Positions 20,002 through 30,244 are shown, counted from the first letter of the stretch. The stretch: DNA of 49,261 bases from Candidatus Hydrogenedentota bacterium (GCA_034669905.1 JAXMOL010000055.1:1-49261), one strand, 5' to 3'. The notes: generated by a model not told the origin, from the letters alone. A program made the numbers and translations.

Positions 20002-21657
20002 ATGCCACAAGTGATTGTAGAGCAACCGGGTATCCCGCCCATGACGGTGCCCCTCTCCGACAAGGAAATCGTGTTTGGTCGCTCCGAAGAGAGCGATGTC
20101 GTTCTGGTGGCGGATGAGGTGTCCCGCAGTCACGCGAAGATTTGCCGGGTCGCCAATAAGTCCGTCTTGTTTGATCTTCAGAGCCTGAACGGCACCTATG
20201 TCAATCGCCAGCGTATTGTGGAACGGGTCCTGTCCCACATGGATGAAATCTGGTTTGGCAGTCGTTGTCACCTGGTCTTCCGTGATGATACCCAGTACGG
20301 GGTCGATGATTCGGAGGCGACGCCCGATATTGCCAGCGAAGACCTCGCCCGGAATATGGATAAGATTCGGGAGGAGATGGACCGCGTCGGCAACAGCATG
20401 ACCCTCATCGGGCGCCCGACGCCTCTGCATAACGAGGCCGTGGCGGAGGAAAAAGAGTCCATCGGAGCATCCCCCGATGAAATCATTCAAATGGGGCGGG
20501 CCTATCGCCGTCTGGCCGCGTTGCACAAGGCCAGCCAGATTATGGCCTCTTCCTTCGATCTCCGGGAGCGATTGACCCAGGTGCTGGACATGGTGATGGA
20601 AACCATGGAAGCGGACCGTGGCTTCGTCATGCTTCGGGAAGAAGGCACCAACAACTTGAACGTGAAAGTTGCCCGGGAAATGGGCCGGGAGCTGGAGGCC
20701 AGCTCTCCCAGCATGGGCATTGCCGGTCGTGCCGCGATAGACGGCGAGGCGGTGTTGATGGTAGACAGCCTTTCCGACAGCGAATTCGGAATGCGGGAGA
20801 GTATTATCCGCTCTGAAATTACGAGCGCCATGTGTGTGCCCCTGCGGATCGAAGAGCGTATTCTGGGTTCCATTTATGTTGATACCCGTAAGGCCAACGT
20901 CACCTTCAGCGAGGAGGATTTGGAACTTTTTGCCTCCCTGGGCACCCAGTCTGCACTCGCCATTGACAATGTGCAATTGCACGAGCGGGTAGTTGATGCG
21001 GAAATGAAGCGGCAGGAATTCGGTCGTTTTCTGAGTCCGGCGATCGTCGACAAAATCATGGCCGAAGAGAAAGCCGTGGAGTTGGGGGGGAACCGCACGG
21101 ATGTCAGCACCCTTTTCTGTGATATTCGTGGCTTCACCAATACGGCAGAACGTATTACGCCGTCTGAACTTGTTGCGCTCTTAAACGAGTACTTTACGGC
21201 GATGACCGAGTTGATTTTCCAGTACCAGGGTACCCTGGACAAATATGTCGGGGACGAGATTATGGCGGTGTTCGGCGCACCGGTGGCGATCGAAAACCAC
21301 GGGCTGGCAGCCGTTTCGGCCGCGATGGCCATCCAGAAGCTCAACGCGGAACTCAATGTGGCCCGCGAGAAAGAAGGGCGCCCGGTTATCCAGTTGGGTA
21401 TCGGTATTGACTCCGGCGAGGTTACCGCGGGGTATTTCGGCTCGCCCATGCGAATGGAGTACACCGTGGTCGGCGATCGGGTCAACACGGCGAGCCGTTT
21501 CTGCAGTATGGCCGAGGCGGGTCAAGTCATTGTGGGGGCCGAGACCTGGTCGCACATTGAGGGTAAGGCGGAAGGGGAGCACATCGGCTCGGTTCGCTTG
21601 AAGGGGAAGGAGCAGGAGGTGAACGCCTACCGGATACTTTCGGTTCCCGGTATCTGA
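20002..21657 (+). CDS. FHA-GAF-class III adenylate cyclase
   Basis: FHA (FGRS..SRSHA..SLNGT), GAF (SAMCVPL..GSIYVD), cyclase (FCDIRGFT, DKYVGDEIMAVFG, YTVVGDRVNTASR). Confidence 0.93.
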   Translation: MPQVIVEQPGIPPMTVPLSDKEIVFGRSEESDVVLVADEVSRSHAKICRVANKSVLFDLQSLNGTYVNRQRIVERVLSHMDEIWFGSRCHLVFRDDTQYGVDDSEATPDIASEDLARNMDKIREEMDRVGNSMTLIGRPTPLHNEAVAEEKESIGASPDEIIQMGRAYRRLAALHKASQIMASSFDLRERLTQVLDMVMETMEADRGFVMLREEGTNNLNVKVAREMGRELEASSPSMGIAGRAAIDGEAVLMVDSLSDSEFGMRESIIRSEITSAMCVPLRIEERILGSIYVDTRKANVTFSEEDLELFASLGTQSALAIDNVQLHERVVDAEMKRQEFGRFLSPAIVDKIMAEEKAVELGGNRTDVSTLFCDIRGFTNTAERITPSELVALLNEYFTAMTELIFQYQGTLDKYVGDEIMAVFGAPVAIENHGLAAVSAAMAIQKLNAELNVAREKEGRPVIQLGIGIDSGEVTAGYFGSPMRMEYTVVGDRVNTASRFCSMAEAGQVIVGAETWSHIEGKAEGEHIGSVRLKGKEQEVNAYRILSVPGI

Positions 21658-21697
21658 CGCAGGTGCCGCCCGCGCACTGCGGGCTAAGGAGGGGGCG

Positions 21698-22294
21698 CTA
21701 GAAGCAGACCTTCACGATGATGGCCAGGCTCAGGCCCGCAAGGACCAGCACGGCCATGTGCCCGCCCCACAAGGTCATGAAACCCGGCGATTGCTTCGTC
21801 TCTTCCGTGGCGGACAAGGGCGCCTCCACGGATGCAAGCAAGTCTGTGAGTTCGCCTTCGCGCATGGCCTCCAGCTCCTGCAAGCGTTCCACTTTCGCCT
21901 TCGTATCATTGTGCACCAGCATCTTGGTATCTCCGGCACCGGTGACGACGGAAAAATTCGCCTTGCTGTACCGGATCTCGCGCTGGTGCGGCGGCTCTGG
22001 AATGGCCGTAACAATGTGCCGCGTGGGGAGATTGAGTTCGCCGGGCTTGTCCGGTGCGTCGGAGAGAACCGGAAGGCTGGTAGGCAGACGACTGGTGTCG
22101 GTGGGGTACCCGGAATCCAGGAAGTCCCCATCCAGCCGAATGGCCCCATAGACCGTGTCCGAGCCAGCAGGCCCTTTGCCCGGGCTCATCTGGATTTCGA
22201 AAATGGTAACGCCGCTGGGGATGCCCGTGATATTGGTCGACTGGCTGATCACTGGCAAGACGAATACGCATAGTAGTAGGAGTGCTTTTTTCAT
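21698..22294 (-). CDS. Hypothetical exported protein with C-terminal membrane anchor
   Basis: MKK signal peptide, C-terminal TM helix, TTGCCT-17-TATACT promoter ending 7 nt upstream. Confidence 0.7.
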   Translation of the reverse strand: MKKALLLLCVFVLPVISQSTNITGIPSGVTIFEIQMSPGKGPAGSDTVYGAIRLDGDFLDSGYPTDTSRLPTSLPVLSDAPDKPGELNLPTRHIVTAIPEPPHQREIRYSKANFSVVTGAGDTKMLVHNDTKAKVERLQELEAMREGELTDLLASVEAPLSATEETKQSPGFMTLWGGHMAVLVLAGLSLAIIVKVCF

Positions 22295-22386
22295 GTGCTA
22301 GAGTATAGGGTATCGTGGCGCTGCAGGCAAGATGCATTCCGCACCGTTTTCACGATCGTCATGTGCCCGTTGGGAGTTTCATCTGG

Positions 22387-22992
22387 ATGACCACGATTGA
22401 GCTGGCCATTTCCCTGATCGCCTTGTTGGTGTTGTCCGCCGTTGCCTTCGTGTTGCTCCGGCGCGCAATACGGGCTGCCGCGTCGCCGCCTGCTTCCCGC
22501 GCCCGTAATCGGGATGGGACGTTTGCCCACACCTGTGCAAATTGTGGCGACCAAACGCTGGTCGGGCCGGAGTCACTCCATGTGTTGAGTTCTGCCGAAA
22601 AAGCCCTGGTGGTTCGGGAGCGCTATGATGTGGTGGGCAAGAAGTTGATGGAGTATGTGTGCCGCACGTGTGATGCGTCTCACTGCTTTGTGGTCTCCGC
22701 CTCGACGGTGGAATACCTCGGCGCCAATTTTTATGAAGGACAACTTGCGGGTGTGCGGTGTGGTGAATGCCGTCGACCGCTGGCACGGCCCCCGTGGTCT
22801 CCCGGAGAGTTTGACGGGGATTTGGATAACGCGCCAGGCCCGATTGGAAACTACGGGTTGGCCTGCGCACATTGCGGCGCGGCGTGTTGTGTTTCCTGTT
22901 GTACGTCGGTTACCCGGCGCCGCACGAAGGATGGGTCCCTCTTGTGTCCACGGTGCTTTCGGGGGCCGCAGGAGACCTTTTTTCATCCGTGA
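22387..22992 (+). CDS. Membrane-anchored Cys-rich zinc-finger protein
   Basis: N-terminal TM helix; 15 Cys including CANC, CRTC, CGEC, CAHC, CVSC, CPRC. Confidence 0.72.
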   Translation: MTTIELAISLIALLVLSAVAFVLLRRAIRAAASPPASRARNRDGTFAHTCANCGDQTLVGPESLHVLSSAEKALVVRERYDVVGKKLMEYVCRTCDASHCFVVSASTVEYLGANFYEGQLAGVRCGECRRPLARPPWSPGEFDGDLDNAPGPIGNYGLACAHCGAACCVSCCTSVTRRRTKDGSLLCPRCFRGPQETFFHP

Positions 22993-23117
22993 CCTGTCCG
23001 GGGGAACCTTTTCGGCAATTCTTCCCATACACCCTATTAACCGTTGTCTATTCCCGGGCCGTCCTGCGCTGGAGGATATCGCGGGGCAGGGGTGGATGGC
23101 TATCAGGAGCAAAAGGC

Positions 23118-24149
23118 ATGTTGGTAAAGACTTACGACCCCCTTGGGGGCGTTGTCGGAATGATGTTGATTATCGTGGGCACCCTGGGTGGATGCGCCAC
23201 CACCCCGTCAAATGGTGCGGATACGGCTAAGACCGAGGGGGCCACGTCCCCCGCGGTGCGGTCGCGAAACTACCCACCCCTGACGGTTAACGCCCGGGAC
23301 TATGAGACCCTGGGCCAACTGGTGCGGGGACTGGGAGAATCGGAGCCCAGTGGGGGAATCGTGCTTCTGTCCGGGTTGGAAGAGCGCCCGGCGCCGCCCC
23401 TTTCCCTGACACGAAGCGACTACCGATCGGGCTTAGAACGCCTGGTCGCGCCCCTTGGTTTGCGGGTACTGGACAAAGGAACCTATCAGTTTGTTCTGCC
23501 TCCCGGCTATGAGGCCCTTGCTGAGCTCTCCGTGGCGCCCCAATTGCACCCTGAAATTGCGAAGCGGCGGGCGAGCCTGGCCTTGGGTTCCGGGACGGAT
23601 CTGTTCAATGCCCTGGCGGTACTCACCACGATCTTAGATGTGACGGTGCTGGCAGACAACGCCATCGCAGATGTGTGGTGCGGCGAGTTGTTCCTCCATG
23701 ATGTCCCGGCCGCCCAATTGCTCGACGCCGTGTTGCAGTCGGCCCGCGTCTTGCCCGATGCCGTGGCTATTGAGTGCACTGCGGACTATGTTTTTGTCCG
23801 CTCGACGGCCAATAGTGGTGCCCATGACCGGTGTCTGAACCGGGCGGGCCTGACGCCCGATGCGGCGGCCTTGCTGGCCCGTCGGTTGTCGGTGCGTTTA
23901 CCGGCCCAACTGGATACGGATGAATTTCAATACGAAGTGGCGTCGCTGGCATCGGTGCTGGACACCTTGTCCACGCAATTGGGTGTGGCGGTAGATGCCG
24001 AAGTCGCGCTGCGCGAGTTTCCGGTGAACCGGGCGTTCTTCAAAGACATGACCGTAAACGATGTGTTGAACCTCATCGTACGGCAATGGCCCGTGTCCGA
24101 TGTCGGATTTCGTGTGGAAAAGGAGCGCATCGTTTTTGCCCGCCAATAA
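23118..24149 (+). CDS. Lipoprotein with STN/secretin-N-like repeats
   Basis: AGGAG RBS, LGGC lipobox, repeated helix-strand units such as SLASVLDTLSTQLGVAV..MTVNDVLNLIVRQ..FRVEKERIVF. Confidence 0.62.
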   Translation: MLVKTYDPLGGVVGMMLIIVGTLGGCATTPSNGADTAKTEGATSPAVRSRNYPPLTVNARDYETLGQLVRGLGESEPSGGIVLLSGLEERPAPPLSLTRSDYRSGLERLVAPLGLRVLDKGTYQFVLPPGYEALAELSVAPQLHPEIAKRRASLALGSGTDLFNALAVLTTILDVTVLADNAIADVWCGELFLHDVPAAQLLDAVLQSARVLPDAVAIECTADYVFVRSTANSGAHDRCLNRAGLTPDAAALLARRLSVRLPAQLDTDEFQYEVASLASVLDTLSTQLGVAVDAEVALREFPVNRAFFKDMTVNDVLNLIVRQWPVSDVGFRVEKERIVFARQ

Positions 24150-24369
24150 AGGAAAATGGTCTCATACTGACCTTCTATTTAGGGGGTGTTCTGCGAAGGA
24201 AGGGGGCAGATTTTCGGCACCAATCGCCCTGCTTGTGTTATACTTTCCTCGCTGCTTTGGGGGACGGAACGGACAATCCGTCCATTCGGTTGTTCCGTCA
24301 CGCGCATTTTCTGATTTACGCGCGTTCATCTTGCTAGCCACCGCGTTGGGAACCGGTTAATTGAAGCGT

Positions 24370-26586
24370 ATGAATTGGAAAAAGCTCCGTGAATGGCCAC
24401 GTGAACGGACAGGATTTGTCGAGGGGGTGGCAACCTTACTCACCTTTCTCCTGTTTCTTGTAACCTACTGGTCCCGTTCCGTCGGCCTCTACTCCGAATT
24501 GCTCATGCAGAGTATGTTCCTGTTTGGTGCTACCGTACTCTGTGGGATAGTGGTGTACGGTGTGCTGGTACGGCACTATCTGCCGCTCATCTCCCACATG
24601 ATTGTGGTGGGGGCGGGGATGATCGGGCTCTCCCGAGTTACGGCCTTACTCGCCGAGCTTGCTGCCTTCCAGCACGTGCCCCTTATTGGCCCCGAGGGCT
24701 GGGGCTATATGGTCCACCACGATGACATGCTGCTCTATCCAGGGTTTATCCTGATGCTTGGGGGCTTCTACCTTTCCATTCTACATGCGGCTGAAATGCG
24801 GCGTCGTCTGATACGGGAAGGGCGTGAGAAAGAGGCGGCATTACTCCGGAGTGAAGAAACGGCGGCATCCCTGGCCAGACGGGTCGCCATTGAAAACCTG
24901 GCCACCACGGTGTCGACGCGATTTATTAATCTGGGGGTCCCTGAAATTGGTCCTGAAATCGATGATTCACTCGTAGAACTGGGGCAGTTTCTGAAGGTAG
25001 ACCGGCTCTACATCACCTTCATTTCGCCCGCCCTGACCGCAGATGGCGCCCACTTTTCCTGGTCCGCACCCGATGCCAATATTCCCGATTCGGCATCGGA
25101 CGATGCCGCCTTGCTGGACATGGCCTGGGTTCGCGACATGATGGCACAGGGCGAGCTCATCGGTGCGCACCGCCTCTCCGAGTTGCCACCGGAAGGTGAT
25201 GCGCTGAAGGACCGGTTGTCGGCAAAGGGTATTCAGTCCTTTTTACTGGTGCCCCTGCTCTCAAACCATGCGCTCCACGGCTATATTGGATTTGAAACGG
25301 CGACCCATGAACTGGAATGGGGCGGAGAGACGGAGCCGCTGGTGCGCATGATCGGGGAAATCCTGCTGAGCGCCTGGGAGCGCCGCTGCGCAGAACGTCA
25401 GCGTCGCCTTCTGGAGATTCAGGTGGAGCAGGCGCGAAAGTTGGAGAGTCTGGGGGTCATGGCCGGGGGCATCGCCCATGATTTTAACAATCTACTGACG
25501 GGTATTATGGGCAATGCCGAACTCGCCCAGCTGGAAGCAGCGGCCGGTTCCTCTACCCACCGCTACCTGGAAAGCGTGGTGCAGTCTTCTCGTCGTGCAG
25601 CGGAATTGTGCCGCCAGATGCTGGCCTATGCGGGGCGTGGCAAGTTTGTAACAGAATCCTTCCGACTCGATCACCTGCTCGAAGAGATGGCCCCCCTGCT
25701 CACGGGCTCCTTGTCGGACGGGCAAGAATTTGAGGTGGTATCCACTGAGGAACTTCCCATGATCCAAGGAGACGTGGGGCAGTTTCGTCAGGTTGTCAGT
25801 AATCTCGTAAGCAACGCTATGGAGGCCCTGGGGGAAGAAAAGGGCCGTGTCGTGGTGCGGACGGGAACGCGCCACTGCGACACCGAGCTTCTCGCATCGA
25901 CCTATCTGCCGGCGCCCATCCCTGCCGGACGGTATGTGTTTCTCGAGGTGATAGACGATGGGGCGGGAATGACGCGGGAGGTGCAGCAGAAGATGTTTGA
26001 GCCCTTCTTTACAACCCGCTTTGCAGGCCGTGGATTGGGGCTCCCCGCCGTACTGGGTATCGTGCGAAGTCACCGGGGGGCCATCGAGATAGAGAGTGCG
26101 CCCGGTGCCGGGAGTACCATTCGGTTGTACCTGCCCGTTGAGACGGTTTCCAGTGCGCACCAATTCGTGGAAGGCGCACCCCAGGGAGACTGGCATGGCC
26201 GGGGCACGGTACTGCTCGCCGATGACGAAGACCTCGTGCTGTCCGTGGGGTCGCGCATGTTACAGCACCTCGGTCTGAACGTGGTGACGGCCCGGAGTGG
26301 TACCGAAGTGATGGCCCATCTTGACACTTGTTCTGATGGGATTCAGTGCATTATCTTAGATTTTGAAATGCCCGGTACGGATACCAACACGCTTTGCCGA
26401 AAACTCTCGGAAACGGTGCCCGAAGTGCCCGTCGTTATCGCCAGCGGGCATGCCCGAGAGTTGGTGGCCGAGCAAATCGAGTCCCATGATGTGACTGCGA
26501 TTCTATCCAAACCCTTTGAGCTGTCCGGACTGCAGGAAATGTTGCGGGAATTCCTTATCCCCGTCTCCCGTTCCGACGGGGATTAA
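24370..26586 (+). CDS. Membrane hybrid histidine kinase (TM-GAF-HisKA-HATPase-REC)
   Basis: IAHDFNNLL, NLVSNA, DDGAGM, FEPFFTT, GRGLGL, REC VLLADDE/ILDFEMP/LSKPF. Confidence 0.93.
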   Translation: MNWKKLREWPRERTGFVEGVATLLTFLLFLVTYWSRSVGLYSELLMQSMFLFGATVLCGIVVYGVLVRHYLPLISHMIVVGAGMIGLSRVTALLAELAAFQHVPLIGPEGWGYMVHHDDMLLYPGFILMLGGFYLSILHAAEMRRRLIREGREKEAALLRSEETAASLARRVAIENLATTVSTRFINLGVPEIGPEIDDSLVELGQFLKVDRLYITFISPALTADGAHFSWSAPDANIPDSASDDAALLDMAWVRDMMAQGELIGAHRLSELPPEGDALKDRLSAKGIQSFLLVPLLSNHALHGYIGFETATHELEWGGETEPLVRMIGEILLSAWERRCAERQRRLLEIQVEQARKLESLGVMAGGIAHDFNNLLTGIMGNAELAQLEAAAGSSTHRYLESVVQSSRRAAELCRQMLAYAGRGKFVTESFRLDHLLEEMAPLLTGSLSDGQEFEVVSTEELPMIQGDVGQFRQVVSNLVSNAMEALGEEKGRVVVRTGTRHCDTELLASTYLPAPIPAGRYVFLEVIDDGAGMTREVQQKMFEPFFTTRFAGRGLGLPAVLGIVRSHRGAIEIESAPGAGSTIRLYLPVETVSSAHQFVEGAPQGDWHGRGTVLLADDEDLVLSVGSRMLQHLGLNVVTARSGTEVMAHLDTCSDGIQCIILDFEMPGTDTNTLCRKLSETVPEVPVVIASGHARELVAEQIESHDVTAILSKPFELSGLQEMLREFLIPVSRSDGD

Positions 26587-26596
26587 GCGCAGCCCA

Positions 26597-27220
26597 TCAC
26601 CCGTTGGGTGCGGGGAGCTTCGCCAGAAAAGCCGTCGCACGCTCCTGCATTTCTACAGCCAGCTCGTCGACCCGCTTAGCATAGATCCCGTGAAAGGTCA
26701 GGGCAGGGATGGCGACACACAGCCCCGCGATGGTGGTTACGAGCGCTTTCGAGATGCCGGCCGACAATACCTGGGGATTTCCGAGTCCGTCGCTGGTGAT
26801 GGCGTCAAAGACGGAGACCATACCCAGAACGGTGCCCAGGAGCCCGATGAGGGGACTGATGCCGGCGATAATCTCCAAGAGGGTCAGGCCGCGCTCCAGT
26901 CGACCCACGTGGGCACGCCCCACGGCGTGCATGGTTTCCAGCAGTTGGGCGTGGGTCAGGTGACGCATCCGGATAAGCTCTTCGGCAATGCGGGCAAAGC
27001 CACCATGGGCATGTTTACAAATGGAAAGCATGTGACCAAAGCTGGTGCCATTGTCATGCCCGTATTCGTGGAGCACCCGAACGACTTCCGGGGAGATTAC
27101 CCGGTCGCGTCGCAGTGCAAAGGCCCGCTCTATCACGACGGTCACCGTGGCCAGGGAACACAGGAGGAGGGGATACATCGGCCATCCGCCCTGTCGAAAC
27201 AACTCAAAAAACTCTGTCAT
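26597..27220 (-). CDS. exbB: MotA/TolQ/ExbB proton channel protein
   Basis: GGWPMYPL, SPLIGLLGTVLGM, GISKALVTTIAGL. Confidence 0.88.
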   Translation of the reverse strand: MTEFFELFRQGGWPMYPLLLCSLATVTVVIERAFALRRDRVISPEVVRVLHEYGHDNGTSFGHMLSICKHAHGGFARIAEELIRMRHLTHAQLLETMHAVGRAHVGRLERGLTLLEIIAGISPLIGLLGTVLGMVSVFDAITSDGLGNPQVLSAGISKALVTTIAGLCVAIPALTFHGIYAKRVDELAVEMQERATAFLAKLPAPNG

Positions 27221-27252
27221 GAATAGGTCCTTTTCTTGACGACCACGCGCGC

Positions 27253-28203
27253 TCAGCGGCGTTTAAAATAACTGAAAGTCCAGCGGATTTCTAAGTTCTT
27301 ATCCCGATAGATGTCGGGGACTTCAAAGGGGAAGGGGCCAAAGGGGCCCGCCCGTTGGACGGCTTCTCGGCAGAGGGCACTATACACCCGATCATTGTTG
27401 GCCTCCACCACGGAGACGGAGACGAGTTCCCCCGTGGGACTGATGGCACAGTCGATCACGGCTTCCGTCGGCTTGGTTCCGGAGTATTTCGTGTAGAGCA
27501 TTTCGTTCCACTGCAGTTCCACCAGGGAGCGCACGTGCTTCAGGTAGGGCGCGATTTCACTTTCGATAGCCTGAAAATTGGTGACCCCCTGTTTGCTGTA
27601 ACTATTGGCAGGCCGACTTCGCGGTGTGGTCGCCCGCTGGGGGAGGGCCGCATCGGCGCGGGCAATCTGGATAATCTCGTCTTGCTCTTCGGCGGGCTCT
27701 GGGGCGGACCCTTCCTTCGGAGCGATCAGGGCGTCCAGGTCGGACTCCATGGCGTCATAGTCGTTGAGGTCCTCTTCTTCGACGGGTTCCTCACTTTCCT
27801 CCGGGGGCTCTGTGCGCTCTTCCTGCGCCGGCATGGGTTCCGGTTGAGGTGCTACCTCGGGGGCGGGCAGGGCAGCGAGCTCGTCAAAGTCATCGGGCTC
27901 GAGTTCGGGGGAGGGGCGGTCGCCATCGCGGGGCTGTGCATCCATGGCCTCGGAGGAAGTTTCGGCGATCAAGGGACTGGGGGGCACCGGGGTAGGGGCA
28001 GGGACATTGACATCGACCAGCTGGACGGGCTCATTCTTGGCCGGAGCATCGGGTTGGAGGTCAAGCTCGATGGGCGCTGGTTCGAGGGCCACGGGGGTGA
28101 CGGGAGGCACGGGAGAAGGCAGGTAGTGCCACAGGGCCAACCCGAGAAAGTGGAGGAACAGCGAAAGTAGTGCTGCGATTTGGATTCGTTTGGAGTAAGT
28201 CAT
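27253..28203 (-). CDS. TonB/TolA-like energy transducer
   Basis: SLFLH TM motif, Pro/Glu-rich linker, C-domain ISPTGELVSV..AVQRAGPFGPFP. Confidence 0.8.
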   Translation of the reverse strand: MTYSKRIQIAALLSLFLHFLGLALWHYLPSPVPPVTPVALEPAPIELDLQPDAPAKNEPVQLVDVNVPAPTPVPPSPLIAETSSEAMDAQPRDGDRPSPELEPDDFDELAALPAPEVAPQPEPMPAQEERTEPPEESEEPVEEEDLNDYDAMESDLDALIAPKEGSAPEPAEEQDEIIQIARADAALPQRATTPRSRPANSYSKQGVTNFQAIESEIAPYLKHVRSLVELQWNEMLYTKYSGTKPTEAVIDCAISPTGELVSVSVVEANNDRVYSALCREAVQRAGPFGPFPFEVPDIYRDKNLEIRWTFSYFKRR

Positions 28204-28315
28204 TGCAATGTTTTCTGCCTGGCCGTAGTGTAGCAAATCGGGCCGCTGCGACACACGAGGCAACATGGGTTAGCTGCTGGCCCGTGGCGCGTCTCAAGGG
28301 GCCTGTAGCCACGCC

Positions 28316-28344
28316 TTGTCAGTCGGTGGTGCATGGGCTATAAT
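28316..28344 (+). promoter_or_regulatory. sigma70 promoter
   Basis: TTGTCA-17-TATAAT upstream of the Helicase_C_3 gene. Confidence 0.65.
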
Positions 28345-28442
28345 GCTTTCTCTGCAGTTCTAATTGGGGTTTGCCCTGCAACGCCACGGGAGAACATGGA
28401 TTTATGCGACACGGCGCAAGCCTCATGGTCTCATTGGAGGGA

Positions 28443-30239
28443 ATGAGCCAGCCTGCCTATCGCGTAGCCAAGGAGTTGGTCAGCAACAGCCGCTCAGGGC
28501 TTACGGTACGATTTCTCGCCAAGAAGTTGGAGTTACCTCCGGAAGAGGTGGAATACCTTCTTGACGTGCATGAACGGCTCTTCTTTACCGATCTGACGAA
28601 AGTGAAGATCGTGTCTGAAGGCCAGGCGATTATGAAACGCATCGCGGAGGGGCTTGAAAGCCGCGGTGACATTCCCTCGCTTATGAATACGATCAAGGGG
28701 ATGGCCCCACCCGACTTTCGCCGTCTGGAAGAACAACTTGGAATCGAAGAGCCGAGTACGAAACGGGCGACCATCGAAGCCGTTATTGAGCGCTACTACT
28801 GTGCGCCCGACGCTATCCTGACCCACGTGGGGGCTGGCGACTTTTCGGAGACCGCCCGGGAGGTCTTTGATATCGTCTGGCAATCCAAAGACGGTGTGCT
28901 GCCGGTGACCCAGTTGCAGGCGACCCACGGTGGCACGGCCAATGAAATCGAACGGGCCCTCGTAGATCTCTTCGAAGGCTTTGCGCTCTTTGAGATGTTT
29001 CGATTCGATAGTGAAGACCGGCTTGTCCGCGTTGTCGGGTTGCTCAAAGAGATTCGGGGCCACCGACAGGAGGGAAAGGGTACGGAAAAGGCGGACCGCC
29101 GGCTGAAAGCGCTTCGGGGAAAGCCCAAGAGCCCGGAAGATCGCGCCCTCTATTTTTCGGAAACTATCTGTCGGCTCGTAGCCGCAATCGCCGCACGGCC
29201 GGCCCGTCTGCGGGGAGATGGGGAACTCTTTCGGGAGGATCGCCGTCGGCTGACGCTGATCTGCCCCGAAGACACCGAGCCCTCCCTCGATACGTGCCTC
29301 TGGGTGGCCGAGGGGGTCGGCTGGCTCACGCGCTCGGATAATGCCCTCTGTGCGGGCGAACTCGAATCACTGATAGAGATGGAGCGTGTCCATCGCCATC
29401 TGACCTTGTGTGACTGGATGTTGGAGCGGGGCGACGACGTGTTCTCTCGCAACCTGCTGTCAAAATACCTGGACGACATGAAGGTGGGCGCCTGGTATGA
29501 GCTGGGCCATTTCGTCCGCTATATCATCGGGGTGCAGGCCGAAGAAGCCCAGCTGGAATTGCGGCAGCAGAATGGAACGTGGAACTACGTCAACCCCAGC
29601 GTGACCGGTCAGGTTGAGGGGCGCCTTTCCCGGGCCATTCAGGAGCCCTTCTACTGGCTGGGGATGGTGGAGCGGGATCAACGGGATGAGGGCTTCGTCT
29701 TCCGTATCACCGAGTTGGGGGCTGCGGTGTTGCAGCGTGAGATTTCACCGGCACTGGTGGAGGCCTATCCCCGTCGAAAAGGGGAGTTGGTGGTCCAACC
29801 CAATTTTGATATCGTCGTGCCGACCGAAGATATGGACCCGCTGATGACCGCGCCGCTCGACCAATTCGCCGTCCGGTCGAGCACCGGCCAGGCCACTGTC
29901 TACAACGTGAGCAAGGCATCCTTCACCCAGGCGGTGCAGGATGGTCACGATGCGGCGGCCTTTGTGGATTTCTTATTGCGTTACAACCGGGGGGACGGCC
30001 TGCCTGCCAATGTGATGACCACCCTGGAAGACTGGCGCGGCGGGATGAAGCAAGTGCGCATTCGGACCATCCAGGTGGTGGAGTCGGACGATCCCCTTGT
30101 GATCGCCGATCTGATTCATCGGCGCAAGTTTCAAGACTATCTTCACCCGGTGGACGGACGTCAATGCGTAAAATATTCGGATATTGATGCGGCCGAATTG
30201 GCCCGTCATCTTGAAAAAGAAGGTTTTATCGTTGAGTAA
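28443..30239 (+). CDS. XPB-type helicase-associated (Helicase_C_3) domain protein without helicase motor
   Basis: LVVQPNFDIVV..VYNVSKASFTQAVQDG..LPANVMTTLEDW; GGAGG RBS; no Walker A or DEAH motif seen. Confidence 0.8.
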   Translation: MSQPAYRVAKELVSNSRSGLTVRFLAKKLELPPEEVEYLLDVHERLFFTDLTKVKIVSEGQAIMKRIAEGLESRGDIPSLMNTIKGMAPPDFRRLEEQLGIEEPSTKRATIEAVIERYYCAPDAILTHVGAGDFSETAREVFDIVWQSKDGVLPVTQLQATHGGTANEIERALVDLFEGFALFEMFRFDSEDRLVRVVGLLKEIRGHRQEGKGTEKADRRLKALRGKPKSPEDRALYFSETICRLVAAIAARPARLRGDGELFREDRRRLTLICPEDTEPSLDTCLWVAEGVGWLTRSDNALCAGELESLIEMERVHRHLTLCDWMLERGDDVFSRNLLSKYLDDMKVGAWYELGHFVRYIIGVQAEEAQLELRQQNGTWNYVNPSVTGQVEGRLSRAIQEPFYWLGMVERDQRDEGFVFRITELGAAVLQREISPALVEAYPRRKGELVVQPNFDIVVPTEDMDPLMTAPLDQFAVRSSTGQATVYNVSKASFTQAVQDGHDAAAFVDFLLRYNRGDGLPANVMTTLEDWRGGMKQVRIRTIQVVESDDPLVIADLIHRRKFQDYLHPVDGRQCVKYSDIDAAELARHLEKEGFIVE

Positions 30240-30244
30240 GACCT

